Assembly (NCBI GenBank): GCA_944363045.1
Contig: CALVTT010000002.1
Span: forward strand, 14,474 to 78,473
Length of the DNA: 64,000 bases
From: an uncultured Clostridia bacterium
GTDB lineage: Bacteria > Bacillota > Clostridia > Christensenellales > Borkfalkiaceae
Reading direction: 5' to 3'
Part shown: piece after piece, positions 36,953-45,614 of the stretch
Layout of the letters: every line of letters begins with the position of its first letter
How positions within the stretch are numbered: the stretch's first letter is position 1
Made by a program: the position numbers and the translations under genes
Notes under the pieces: model-generated
What the model saw: only the letters and a program-made list of their open reading frames with translations
What the model was told of the DNA's origin: nothing
Database searches by the model: none

Positions 36953-37750
36953 TTATCCGTTGATGATCTCGGTCAAGCGGCGGAAAGTATCCCCTTCGTC
37001 CTTGACCCAAAATGTGGCGACGCGGGCGGAGCGCCTGACGATGAGCTCGTCCTCCCGTTCCAGCTCGCCCAAAAAGACGCCGTCGCCATACAAAAGCAGC
37101 CCTCCGCCGTGGCCTTCCGCCGTAAAACGCAGCGTACTGCCGTCCGAACAGACGATGGGACGGCTGCGGAGCGAAAAGGCGCAGATGGGCGTCAGCTCAA
37201 AGGTGCGGCAGTCGGGCGACATCACGCTGCCCCCCGCCGAAAGTGAATAGGCAGTCGAGCCCGTCGGCGTGGAGAGGATGAGCCCGTCCGCCGAAAACAC
37301 GCCCGCCTCCTTCCCGTCGATGCGCACGCAGATCTTGACGAGGCGGCTGTCCGCCTCGGGCGAAACGGGCCGCGACAAGACGAGTTCGTTGAGGCAATGC
37401 GTGCTCTTGCCGCGAAAGATGACTTCGAGCATGGTGCGCTTTAACACGGCGTGCTCCCCCGAGAGGATGAAGTCCACCGCCGCATCCAGCTCTCCCCGCT
37501 TAAATTCCGTTAAAAAACCAAGCGTGCCGTAATTGACGGCAACGATGGGGATATCGTAGAGAGAGGCGGGCTTGCTCGCGCGCAGCACGGTGCCGTCACC
37601 GCCCAAAATGAGCAGGCAGTCGACATCCTTGATCTCCTCGGGCGAGGAAAAGAGCACGCACTCCCCGCCCCCGCGCGCAAAGCGCTCGGCAACGGCAGGG
37701 AAGGAGCCCTCGCTCACGCGATCCCGATTGTATAAAATACCGATCTTCAT
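36953..37750 (-). CDS. nadK: NAD kinase
   Basis: It has the GGDGT motif (LILGGDGTVLRA) and the NAD kinase C-terminal pattern. Confidence 0.85.
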   Translation of the reverse strand: MKIGILYNRDRVSEGSFPAVAERFARGGGECVLFSSPEEIKDVDCLLILGGDGTVLRASKPASLYDIPIVAVNYGTLGFLTEFKRGELDAAVDFILSGEHAVLKRTMLEVIFRGKSTHCLNELVLSRPVSPEADSRLVKICVRIDGKEAGVFSADGLILSTPTGSTAYSLSAGGSVMSPDCRTFELTPICAFSLRSRPIVCSDGSTLRFTAEGHGGGLLLYGDGVFLGELEREDELIVRRSARVATFWVKDEGDTFRRLTEIING

Positions 37751-37759
37751 TTCCCCGAT

Positions 37760-37788
37760 ATTATACAGGAAAAAACTTATAATTGCAA
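37760..37788 (-). promoter_or_regulatory. nadK-argR-recN promoter (TTGCAA-17-TATAAT), -10 ends 9 nt before the ATG
   Basis: The minus strand reads TTGCAA (37788-37783), a 17-nt spacer, TATAAT (37765-37760), then ATCGGGGAA and the ATG. Confidence 0.5.
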
Positions 37789-37886
37789 GGGGTTACGGGA
37801 AATTTGCCAATGTTTTTACATTTTTTACGCATTTTTGACAGCCTGCAGAAAATGAGACGCATAAAGGCCGTCCCTATTCGGCTCTC

Positions 37887-37917
37887 AAAAAAGAAAAAGC
37901 GCCCTCACACGAGGCGC
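37887..37917 (-). terminator. Rho-independent terminator overlapping the tlyA stop
   Basis: On the minus strand, GCGCCTC-GTGT-GAGGGCGC is followed by TTTTTCTTTTTT. Confidence 0.65.
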
Positions 37918-38666
37918 GCGGCTTGAGCTAAGAACCGATATTTGGGGATGGCCTCGCCCTCCTTTTCGAGGAAGACGACGTATTCCACATTTTTTTGCGG
38001 GCGGACAGGCGCATTGACGATGCCGCGCGGCATGAGTGCGAGCGCCTGCGCGGTATCATAAAACGCATCGAGGAGCGCCGCATGGTGGGAAACGGGCAGG
38101 ATGCCGCGCTTGGAAAGCCCCCTGCCGCCGCACTCGAACTGCGGCTTGAAGAGGACGAACGCTTTCCCGTGCGCGGGCAAAATATCGCGGACGGCGGGCA
38201 GGACGAGCTCCAACGAGATAAAGCTGAGGTCGGAGACAACGCCGTCCACCGGGAAGGGAAGCATCTCTTTTTTGAGATAGCGCGCATTGGTGCCGTCCAT
38301 CACGGCAATGCGTGGATCGGCCGCAAGCGAGGGGGCGAGCTGGCTCTCCCCTACATCCACACAGACGACCGCCCTTGCGCCGCGCTGCAAAAGGCAGTCG
38401 GTGAAGCCGCCCGTGCTGGCACCGAGATCGCAGTATCTCTTACCCGAAACGTCCTCCTCGAAAGCGTCCAGCCCGCGTGCAAGTTTATAGCCGCCGTTAC
38501 TGACGAACTGCTCTTTGGGCGCGGGAAAGGTAAAGACATCGTCATCTTTCACCTCGTCATCGGGAGAGAGCGGCCTCCCCGAACGCAGCACGAGCCCCTT
38601 TTTGAGCGCCTCAGCCGCTTTGGTGCGCGAGCCGAAGCGCTCTGCAAAATACTTATCGGCGCGCAT
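37905..38666 (-). CDS. tlyA: TlyA-family rRNA (cytidine-2'-O)-methyltransferase
   Basis: MRADKYFAERF is an S4-like N-terminus, and LGASTGGFTDCLL is the FtsJ SAM motif. ATG 38666 overlaps the dxs stop; the longer track ORF is an antisense extension into dxs. Confidence 0.8.
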   Translation of the reverse strand: MRADKYFAERFGSRTKAAEALKKGLVLRSGRPLSPDDEVKDDDVFTFPAPKEQFVSNGGYKLARGLDAFEEDVSGKRYCDLGASTGGFTDCLLQRGARAVVCVDVGESQLAPSLAADPRIAVMDGTNARYLKKEMLPFPVDGVVSDLSFISLELVLPAVRDILPAHGKAFVLFKPQFECGGRGLSKRGILPVSHHAALLDAFYDTAQALALMPRGIVNAPVRPQKNVEYVVFLEKEGEAIPKYRFLAQAARLV

Positions 38667-40431
38667 AATGCTCCCTGATGCAGGCGAGGACGGCGTCCTC
38701 ATCGAGGCCGTACTCCCGCATGAGATCGCCCACCGCACCGTGCGGAATGAAAGCATCGGGATAGCCGAAGGAGAAGATCTTTTTCCCGCTGCTGCGGTAA
38801 AAACGGGAGACGGCATCTCCCAGCCCGCCGATGAGGACGTTGTCCTCCAACGTGATGACGGTATGCGCCCCGATCGCCGAAAGCAGACCTTCGTCGAGCG
38901 GTTTCAAAAAACGTGCATTGATGAGCGTCGCATCCAAGCCCTCGCGCCGCGCGCGCCAAAGGACGCGGCGGGCGATATGCAGGCATCGCTCCCCTGCCGC
39001 AAGCAGTACTATGTCTGACATAGTACTATGTAAAACTTCAAATTTCCCCATTTCGAGGCTGCTTTCAGGCTGTTCCGCCCCTTCCGTGCTCTCTCTCGGG
39101 TAACGGATAGCGAGCGGGCCGTCCATATGGATGCTCATGCGCAGCATGGCGCGAAATTCAGCGATATCCTTGGGGATGGCGATGGTAAGGTTGGGGATGA
39201 GAGAAAGATAGGAAAGATCGAACACTCCCTGATGCGTCTCCCCGTCTCTCCCCGTTATGCCCGCGCGGTCGATGCAGAAGACGACGGGCAGAGCCTGCGC
39301 GCAGACGTCATGAATGATCTCATCATAGGCGCGCTGCAAAAAGGTGGAATAGATGGCGTAATACGGCCGCATCCCCGCCGCCGCCAGCGACGCACAGAGG
39401 ATGGAGGCGTGCTCCTCGCAGATGCCCACATCGAAGGCGCGCCCCGGGAATTTTTCAAAGAAGCCGCGAAGGCCCAAGCTGTCCGTCATGGCAGCCGTCA
39501 CGGCGATGACGCGCTTGTCCTTTTCCGCCAGACGCGCGAGCTCCTCGCCGAGGGCCGCGGAGTATTCCGTTCCGCCGCCGCTGCCCACGCCGTGCGTTTC
39601 GGTGGGCGCATTCTCGCAGAAGGCGTGCCCGAAGCCCTTGCGCGTATGGACGTGGAGCAATACGCTCCCCTCTTTGAGGGCGGCTTTCGCCTGTTCCAAA
39701 GAAGCAAGGAGCTCGCCCATGTCGTGCCCGTTGACGACGCCCATATACCGAAGGCCGAAGTGCTCAAAGAGGCGCACATCCTCTGCGGGGATGGCATCCG
39801 CGCGGCCGCTAAGCTCACAGCAGGAGCCGCGAAGTTCCTCTCCTCCGCATCCCTCTCCCGCCGAGCGCATCTCTTTGAGAACGGCCGCCATGCTCCCCAC
39901 CGTCTCCGAGATGGACATCCCGTTGTCGTTGAGCACGATGAGGACGTTGGTCTTTAATATCTTTAAGCTGTTGAGCGCCTCATAGATGAGGCCGTTGTTG
40001 AAGGAGCCGTCGCCGACAAGAGCGATGACCGCATGATCCTCCCCTTTGAGATCGCGCGCCTTGGCAAAACCGAGCGCCGCCGAAATGGCCGTGCCCGCAT
40101 GGCCCGTGCCGTAGCAGTCGTACTCGCTCTCGCCGCGCTTGGGGAAGCCCGAGAGCCCTCCTTCCTGCCGAAGGGTGCGAAAGGCTCCCACCCTGCCCGA
40201 GAGCAGTTTGTGCGCATAGCACTGATGCCCGACGTCGAAGACGATCTTATCGCGCGGGAAATCAAAGACACGGTGCAGGGCAACGGTGAGCTCCACCGCT
40301 CCCAGATTGGAAGAAAGGTGCCCGCCGCAGACGGAGACAGCCGAAAGGATCTCCTCCCTGATCTCCCCGCAAATGTCCTTTAATTGAGAAGGGGAAGCAC
40401 GCTTGAGCTCCCCGCTTACGATCTCTCTCAT
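38653..40431 (-). CDS. dxs: 1-deoxy-D-xylulose-5-phosphate synthase
   Basis: GGHLSSNLG and the TPP motif GDGSFNNG are present, with transketolase-like middle and C-terminal domains. It carries repeat copy 4 in frame (EVL-HSTMS-DIVLL). Confidence 0.9.
   Translation of the reverse strand: MREIVSGELKRASPSQLKDICGEIREEILSAVSVCGGHLSSNLGAVELTVALHRVFDFPRDKIVFDVGHQCYAHKLLSGRVGAFRTLRQEGGLSGFPKRGESEYDCYGTGHAGTAISAALGFAKARDLKGEDHAVIALVGDGSFNNGLIYEALNSLKILKTNVLIVLNDNGMSISETVGSMAAVLKEMRSAGEGCGGEELRGSCCELSGRADAIPAEDVRLFEHFGLRYMGVVNGHDMGELLASLEQAKAALKEGSVLLHVHTRKGFGHAFCENAPTETHGVGSGGGTEYSAALGEELARLAEKDKRVIAVTAAMTDSLGLRGFFEKFPGRAFDVGICEEHASILCASLAAAGMRPYYAIYSTFLQRAYDEIIHDVCAQALPVVFCIDRAGITGRDGETHQGVFDLSYLSLIPNLTIAIPKDIAEFRAMLRMSIHMDGPLAIRYPRESTEGAEQPESSLEMGKFEVLHSTMSDIVLLAAGERCLHIARRVLWRARREGLDATLINARFLKPLDEGLLSAIGAHTVITLEDNVLIGGLGDAVSRFYRSSGKKIFSFGYPDAFIPHGAVGDLMREYGLDEDAVLACIREHYARR
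39005..39032 (-). repeat. Palindromic element copy 4 (plus strand AGTACTATG-TCTGA-CATAGTACTATGTA), in frame inside dxs
   Basis: It has a perfect 9-bp inverted repeat with a 5-nt loop. It shares a 21-mer with copy 5. On the gene strand it reads TTA CAT AGT ACT ATG TCA GAC ATA GTA = LHSTMSDIV. Confidence 0.9.
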
Positions 40432-40449
40432 ATCCTTGCAGCCCTTATA

Positions 40450-41319
40450 TCAGCGATCCCTCTCACGGACGTAGGTGACGAGCTCCGCAAAGAACTTCGT
40501 CTCCCCTTCCACATAGGTCAAGCTCTCGCGGCAGCGCCGAGCAAGCTCGTCCGCGCGCCGCTCCGCTTCCGCAAGCCCATAGATGCGCACGCAGGTGAGC
40601 TTGTTTTCCTCCTCGTCCTTGCCCAAAGTCTTGCCCATCTTAACGCTCTCCCCCTTGACGTCGAGGATGTCGTCCGTCATCTGGAAGAGCACGCCGAGAG
40701 CGGTGCCGAATTCCTTCATCGGCGCCTCATCTTTGCCCGCAATGGCGGATGCCATCATGAGAGGCGCGCGGATGAGCTGCGCCGTCTTATTCTCATAGAT
40801 AAAGGCAAGCTCTCCTTCGCCCGCAGCGCGGTCGTTTTCGCAGGCAAGGTCCATGAACTGCCCCGCGACCATGCCCTCCGCGCCTGCCGCCCGTGACAAA
40901 ATTTCCCCGGCGCGGCGGTGCGGCTCATCCTTTGCCGCTGTCATAGCGAGCGTGAACGCCTCGCTCAACAGCGCATCTCCCGCCAAAATGGCGTTGCCCT
41001 CGCCAAACTTCTTGTGATTGGAGGGCTTGCCGCGCCGCAGATCGTCGTTATCCATGGCAGGAAGATCGTCGTGGATGAGGGAGTAGGTGTGGATGCACTC
41101 GAGCGCCAGCGCGAGCTCCCGCTCCTCCCCCCAACGGCAGCCGAAGGCATCGAGCGCCGCAAAGAAGAGCACGGGCCTTATGCGCTTTCCGCCCGCGAGC
41201 AGGGAATAGCGCATCCCCTCCGCAAGCCCAAGAGGGCTGCCCATCCCCGCGCAGTAATTTGCAAGGATGCGTTCAAAGGCCGCAAGATAGGTATCGTATT
41301 TGGCGGGAAGCGCGCTCAT
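40450..41319 (-). CDS. ispA: Polyprenyl (farnesyl/geranyl) diphosphate synthase
   Basis: FARM is LIHDDLPAMDNDDLRRG and SARM is FQMTDDILD. Confidence 0.85.
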   Translation of the reverse strand: MSALPAKYDTYLAAFERILANYCAGMGSPLGLAEGMRYSLLAGGKRIRPVLFFAALDAFGCRWGEERELALALECIHTYSLIHDDLPAMDNDDLRRGKPSNHKKFGEGNAILAGDALLSEAFTLAMTAAKDEPHRRAGEILSRAAGAEGMVAGQFMDLACENDRAAGEGELAFIYENKTAQLIRAPLMMASAIAGKDEAPMKEFGTALGVLFQMTDDILDVKGESVKMGKTLGKDEEENKLTCVRIYGLAEAERRADELARRCRESLTYVEGETKFFAELVTYVRERDR

Positions 41320-42185
41320 TCTGCCGCCCGCTCCGCACGTTCCATCGCCCGTTCCGCCGCATCGCAGGTATTTTTGAGCAGCATGGCGATGGTCATCGGC
41401 CCCACGCCGCCCGGCACGGGGGTGATGGCGGAAGCCTTCTCCTTAACGTTTTCAAAGTCCACGTCACCGCAGAGCTTGCCGTTCTCGTCGCGGTCCATGC
41501 CCACGTCGATGACGACGGCGCCCTCTTTTATCATGTCTGCCGTGATAAATTTGGGCTTACCGATGGCCGCGACCAAAATATCTGCACGGCGGCATTCCGC
41601 GGCAAGGTCCTGCGTCTTGCTGTGACAGATAGTGACCGTCGCGTCGGCGTTCAAAAGGAGCAGCGCCATCGGCCGCCCCACGATATTGCTGCGCCCCACC
41701 ACGACGGCGCGCTTGCCGGCGGCGGAAATGCCGCTGCGGGAGAGCATCTCCATCACCCCAAGCGGCGTGCAGGCGACCGTGCCCTCCTCTTTGAGGGCAA
41801 GCCTGCCGATGTTTTCCGCCAAAAATCCGTCCACATCCTTAGAGGACGGAATGAGAGATAAGAGCCGCTTTTCATCGAGCCCCTTCGGGAGGGGCAGCTG
41901 CACCAAAATGCCGTGGATGTTCTCGTCCTCGGCAAGCGCCAGAACGAGCTCCTCCGCCTGTTTTTGCGTGGTCTCCTCGGGCAGATCGTGGCGGAAAGAG
42001 CGGATGCCCGCCTCCTCACACGCCTTCACTTTGTTGCGCACATATACCTGCGAGGCAGGATCGCTGCCGATGAGCACGACCGCCAGCCCGATCTTTTTGC
42101 CGTATTTTTCCTCAAAGGCCTGCGTCCGAAGTTTGAGTTCCGCACGGATCTCTGCCGCAATGGCCTTTCCGTCAATGAGTTTCAT
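41316..42185 (-). CDS. folD: Bifunctional methylenetetrahydrofolate dehydrogenase/methenyl-THF cyclohydrolase
   Basis: VVGRSNIVGRPMA and PVPGGVGPMTIAML are present. Confidence 0.95.
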   Translation of the reverse strand: MKLIDGKAIAAEIRAELKLRTQAFEEKYGKKIGLAVVLIGSDPASQVYVRNKVKACEEAGIRSFRHDLPEETTQKQAEELVLALAEDENIHGILVQLPLPKGLDEKRLLSLIPSSKDVDGFLAENIGRLALKEEGTVACTPLGVMEMLSRSGISAAGKRAVVVGRSNIVGRPMALLLLNADATVTICHSKTQDLAAECRRADILVAAIGKPKFITADMIKEGAVVIDVGMDRDENGKLCGDVDFENVKEKASAITPVPGGVGPMTIAMLLKNTCDAAERAMERAERAAE

Positions 42186-42574
42186 TGGTTGATGACTCCT
42201 CCCAACACGCCGTTGACAAACCCGGCGGAGTTTTCCGTCGAATACTTGCGCGCCAGCCCCGCCGCTTCACTCACCGAGACCACGGGCGGAACATCGTCCA
42301 TGTATTTGATCTCTGCGAGCGCCAACAAAAGAATGGCTCTGTCGGCGGTATAGATGCGGTACTGCGCAAAGCGCTCGACCTTTTCGTCGAGCACAGCGAT
42401 CAATTCTTCCCTATGTTCGTTCACGAGCCCGACCAACTTGTGGGCAAAGGCGCGCTCCTCTTCGTTCAATCCTTCCTTGTGATAGATGTTCGCCTCAAAC
42501 CTGCCGTCGCAGTCGCCGCCGAACTCCCGCGCAAAGACGATCTTGAACGCCGCCTCTCTCGCTTGGCTTCTCAT
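42182..42574 (-). CDS. nusB: Transcription antitermination factor NusB
   Basis: MRSQAREAAFKIVF matches NusB starts, and ATG 42574 has AGAGGAG upstream. The position before folD matches Bacillus. Confidence 0.85.
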   Translation of the reverse strand: MRSQAREAAFKIVFAREFGGDCDGRFEANIYHKEGLNEEERAFAHKLVGLVNEHREELIAVLDEKVERFAQYRIYTADRAILLLALAEIKYMDDVPPVVSVSEAAGLARKYSTENSAGFVNGVLGGVINQ

Positions 42575-42627
42575 CTTTCTCCTCTGCAAAGGGAATTTCC
42601 CCGTCCGCACGGCGGACGGGGTCTCCC

Positions 42628-43008
42628 TCACGATCTTTCTTTTTCGTTTTGTTCCGCATTCTCGCCGATGGGCGGGACGGGAGGCGTCACTTCGGGAAAG
42701 ACGACGCTCTGGATATGCACATCCACCTTGGCGATGCGGTACTTCGTCATCGATTCGACCATCTGTTTGACGGTCTGCTGGATGGCGAACGCAAGCTCGG
42801 GCACGCTGTAACCATAGTGGGCAATGACGGAGATATCCGCAAAGATGCCCTCCTTTTCAAAGTTGACTTTGATGCCCTTGCTCTTGGAAGGGACGAGCTC
42901 GATGCCCTCCGTCTCCTGCAGGCTGAGCGCGATGATGCCGCTCACGATGTCCGCATTGTAAGAGATGCGCCCCTTTTGTCCGTTGGGATTATACCTGATG
43001 CTTGCCAT
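42628..43008 (-). CDS. Asp23/Gls24 family envelope stress protein
   Basis: It shows the Asp23 pattern (ISYNADIVSGIIALSLQETEGI ... VDVHIQSV). This is the same position as Bacillus yqhY. Confidence 0.85.
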   Translation of the reverse strand: MASIRYNPNGQKGRISYNADIVSGIIALSLQETEGIELVPSKSKGIKVNFEKEGIFADISVIAHYGYSVPELAFAIQQTVKQMVESMTKYRIAKVDVHIQSVVFPEVTPPVPPIGENAEQNEKERS

Positions 43009-43045
43009 AATACGACCTCCTTGGAGGTATGATCTCTTTTTAGGT

Positions 43046-43051
43046 ATTATA
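43046..43051 (-). promoter_or_regulatory. TATAAT -10 box upstream of asp23-nusB-folD, without a good -35
   Basis: The minus strand has TATAAT at 43051-43046. The -35 region is occupied by the proximal direct repeat (see 43056-43091). Confidence 0.35.
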
Positions 43052-43055
43052 GCAC

Positions 43056-43091
43056 ATCTTTCCGTATTTTACCACTATCTTTCCGTATTTT
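43056..43091. repeat. Two perfect 15-nt direct repeats ATCTTTCCGTATTTT, period 21 nt
   Basis: The copies are at 43056-43070 and 43077-43091. They lie immediately upstream of the TATAAT box of the asp23 operon and downstream of spoIIIAH. Confidence 0.85.
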
Positions 43092-43105
43092 TACGGCGAT
43101 TTTTT

Positions 43106-43591
43106 TCAGCTTTCCGCATAAATGGGCATGATGACGATGTTTCCGTTGCGGACGCCCAGCTCATCTTCGATGATGGAGAAGATCTGCGTCACGTTTTCCG
43201 TCGAAAGTTCGCTCGAATTGACGAAGATGTTGATGTTCTCCGACTCGGCGCCGATGGCAACGACGGCATCGGTAAAGCCCAGGGTCTTGATCATCGTTTC
43301 GATGACAAGCTCCGTCTCCATCACCTCGACCATGCGCTGCTTTTGCTCGACGGCTTCCGCATACTCGGCGGAATCGGAGGCATATGCCGCAATGATGCTG
43401 TCGAGCTGTAAAAATTCCTCGCTGCGCGTCGTCACGCGCTCGGTGCGGAAGCTCGTGAAATAATCGCCCTGCGCCGCGCCATCGGCAGCCGCATCGGCGG
43501 GCGTGCCCGCGAGCACGAAGTTGAAGACGGCCGTCACGGCAAGCAGCAGCACGAGCGTGGACATGATCGCGATCTTTTTAGTGTTTGACAT
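43106..43591 (-). CDS. spoIIIAH: Stage III sporulation protein AH
   Basis: It has an N-terminal TM segment and a C-terminal ring-building region (IKTLGFTDAVVAI...INIFV). It is the last gene of the spoIIIA operon order. Confidence 0.7.
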   Translation of the reverse strand: MSNTKKIAIMSTLVLLLAVTAVFNFVLAGTPADAAADGAAQGDYFTSFRTERVTTRSEEFLQLDSIIAAYASDSAEYAEAVEQKQRMVEVMETELVIETMIKTLGFTDAVVAIGAESENINIFVNSSELSTENVTQIFSIIEDELGVRNGNIVIMPIYAES

Positions 43592-43621
43592 TTTCTATCT
43601 CCTTCAAAATGATTTCCAAAA

Positions 43622-43969
43622 TTATGAAAGATACACCTGCACTCTTTCTTTGGGGAGCCCGAGGGCGGAGGAGGCGATATCGAGGATGCGAATGCGCGAG
43701 AGGATGCTGTCCTCCCCGCGGAAGACGACGATGCAGGAGACCGCTTCCCCCTCCTCCTCGACGACCATCACCGAGGCCTCCTCGATGCCTTCCACGCGCT
43801 CGAGCAGCGCCGAGATGCGCGCCTCCGCCTCCGTTTCGTCATAGGAGGCCGCCTCTCCGCTTCCGGCAAAGAACACCCGCCAGACGGCAAAGAGCAGCAA
43901 CAGCGCCACGAGACAGAACAGCACGGCACGCATCGTTTTGTTTTCAAACAGCTTTTTGAAGTCTTTCAT
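43622..43969 (-). CDS. spoIIIAG: Stage III sporulation protein AG (short form, 115 aa)
   Basis: It has an N-terminal TM segment plus a C-terminal motif (LERVEGIEEASVMV ... IVVF). Its position is between AF and AH. It is much shorter than B. subtilis AG. Confidence 0.55.
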   Translation of the reverse strand: MKDFKKLFENKTMRAVLFCLVALLLLFAVWRVFFAGSGEAASYDETEAEARISALLERVEGIEEASVMVVEEEGEAVSCIVVFRGEDSILSRIRILDIASSALGLPKERVQVYLS

Positions 43970-44424
43970 GAGAGGATCTCCGCCTCGCATCCGAATTTGT
44001 TTTCGAGTGCCGCCTCGATCTGCAACGATATATCTATATGCGCCTCCCCTGCGTATATTCCGAAGTCAGAGATACGGACGCTGACGCTTTTTGCCGAATA
44101 GCTGCCGTCTTCCCAAAGGTCGACCTCCGATTCCGCCGCAATGCCGTATTCCGCTTGCAGCCACTCCTCAAGGGCGAGCTCTTCCTCGCGTTCGGCGCGC
44201 TGCGTACAGGCGGAAAGAAAGGCGGCGTCTTCCGAAAATGAGGGCAGTTCCGCCGAAAACGCCGTGCCCCGCAAAAGAGAAATGACGGGCGATATGAGCA
44301 GGATGAGCGTGATAAGTTTTGCCATGCCGCGGATGAGCGGAGCAAGCCTGCCGTCCGGCAAGACAGCGGAAAGGACAGCGGAGAGCAAGACCGCCCCGGA
44401 GAGGGAGAGGATATACGCCTGCAT
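43966..44424 (-). CDS. spoIIIAF: Stage III sporulation protein AF
   Basis: It has two N-terminal TM helices (ILSLSGAVLLSAVLSAVLPDG) and sits in the expected operon position. The ATG overlaps the AE stop (TGATG). Confidence 0.6.
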   Translation of the reverse strand: MQAYILSLSGAVLLSAVLSAVLPDGRLAPLIRGMAKLITLILLISPVISLLRGTAFSAELPSFSEDAAFLSACTQRAEREEELALEEWLQAEYGIAAESEVDLWEDGSYSAKSVSVRISDFGIYAGEAHIDISLQIEAALENKFGCEAEILS

Positions 44425-45614
44425 CAGAGCACCCCCGAACTGCAAACAAGAAGGAGCAGCGTCAAAAAATAGAGAAAGGCAACAGAAAGAAGAGAGGCCG
44501 TGAAATAGCCAATATCGCCGGCAAGACGGGACAAAAGCGCGGGGATCTTGCCGCCGACGGGCTCCGTAGCTGCCGCCGAGATGCGCAGAAAGAGCTGCAT
44601 CGCCCCGAGGAGCAACAGGGGCTTCAGGACGACCGCGGCAAGGAGCAGCACGGAAAAAGAGCCGAGCGCGTTCTTGATAAGGGCGCTGCCTGCAAGCACG
44701 AGATCGACGCTGCCCGAGAGAAACCCGCCGACGACGGGCACCGACCCCGAAACGACGTATTTGACAGTACGAAGGGAAATGCCGTCGTACTGTGCGGCAG
44801 CAATGCCCTGCACGGTGAGAAAGAGCCCGAAAAGCCCCAAAGAGAGCCCGATGAGCCAGCGGCAGATGCTCTTGAAAAAATCGCCGAGTTTTTCCGTGCG
44901 CACCTCGCTTGAAAGATCCCCCACAAAACCGAGAACGAGCACAGCCACCGAAACGGGCAGGACGACCGCCGTAAACAAATTCAATATACCACCGCTCAAA
45001 AAAGCAACAGCAGGTCGAAAGATCGCCGCAGAGACGTTGCCGCCGGACGCCGCCATCAGCGTGAGAAGAACGGGATAGACGAGCTCCATCTGCACGCCCA
45101 GCGCCTCTATGGCGGAAAGGCAGGAGGACAGCACCGCAAGCAGACAGGACAGCACGACCGCCCCCACCGCAAGATAGGCTATAAAGCCAATTATGTCTGA
45201 CATAGTACTATGCAAAAAGCCGCTTTTCGCAGAGTTTAGAATGCCGCAGAGCAGGCTCGCCGCCAGAATGATGGCAAAAGCGGGTAAAAGTACGGAGATT
45301 TCATCCAAAAAAGTGTGCAGGACACTTTCCGCCAGAGAGCCGTAATCGAGGGAAAGATCGCCGTCGATGAGCGCTTTCAACCTGTCTTTGAGGGAAATAC
45401 CATGAAATTCGCTCAGCGTATCGAGGTACGCCTGCAACTCGGCAAGATCAAGTTCGTCCAATAAATCGGAAATATTTTCTTGAAGTTCTTCCTCTGCACT
45501 CTGTTCAGCCTCTCCCATCTCCTCCGCCCCTGCGTGATAAATTTCTCCGCCCGCAAAGAGAAGTATCAAAGGTATGAAAAGTAAGAAAAGTAAGATACAT
45601 TTTTTCATATTCAT
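44424..45614 (-). CDS. spoIIIAE: Stage III sporulation protein AE
   Basis: It is a signal peptide plus polytopic membrane protein of about 396 aa in the AE position. It carries repeat copy 5 in frame (GF-LHSTMSDII-GF). Confidence 0.8.
   Translation of the reverse strand: MNMKKCILLFLLFIPLILLFAGGEIYHAGAEEMGEAEQSAEEELQENISDLLDELDLAELQAYLDTLSEFHGISLKDRLKALIDGDLSLDYGSLAESVLHTFLDEISVLLPAFAIILAASLLCGILNSAKSGFLHSTMSDIIGFIAYLAVGAVVLSCLLAVLSSCLSAIEALGVQMELVYPVLLTLMAASGGNVSAAIFRPAVAFLSGGILNLFTAVVLPVSVAVLVLGFVGDLSSEVRTEKLGDFFKSICRWLIGLSLGLFGLFLTVQGIAAAQYDGISLRTVKYVVSGSVPVVGGFLSGSVDLVLAGSALIKNALGSFSVLLLAAVVLKPLLLLGAMQLFLRISAAATEPVGGKIPALLSRLAGDIGYFTASLLSVAFLYFLTLLLLVCSSGVL
45190..45214 (-). repeat. Palindromic element copy 5 (minus strand TGCATAGTACTATG-TCAGA-CATAAT), in frame inside spoIIIAE
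   Basis: On the gene strand it reads TTG CAT AGT ACT ATG TCA GAC ATA ATT = LHSTMSDII. It is flanked by direct GGCTTT (Gly-Phe) repeats 33 nt apart. Confidence 0.9.
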
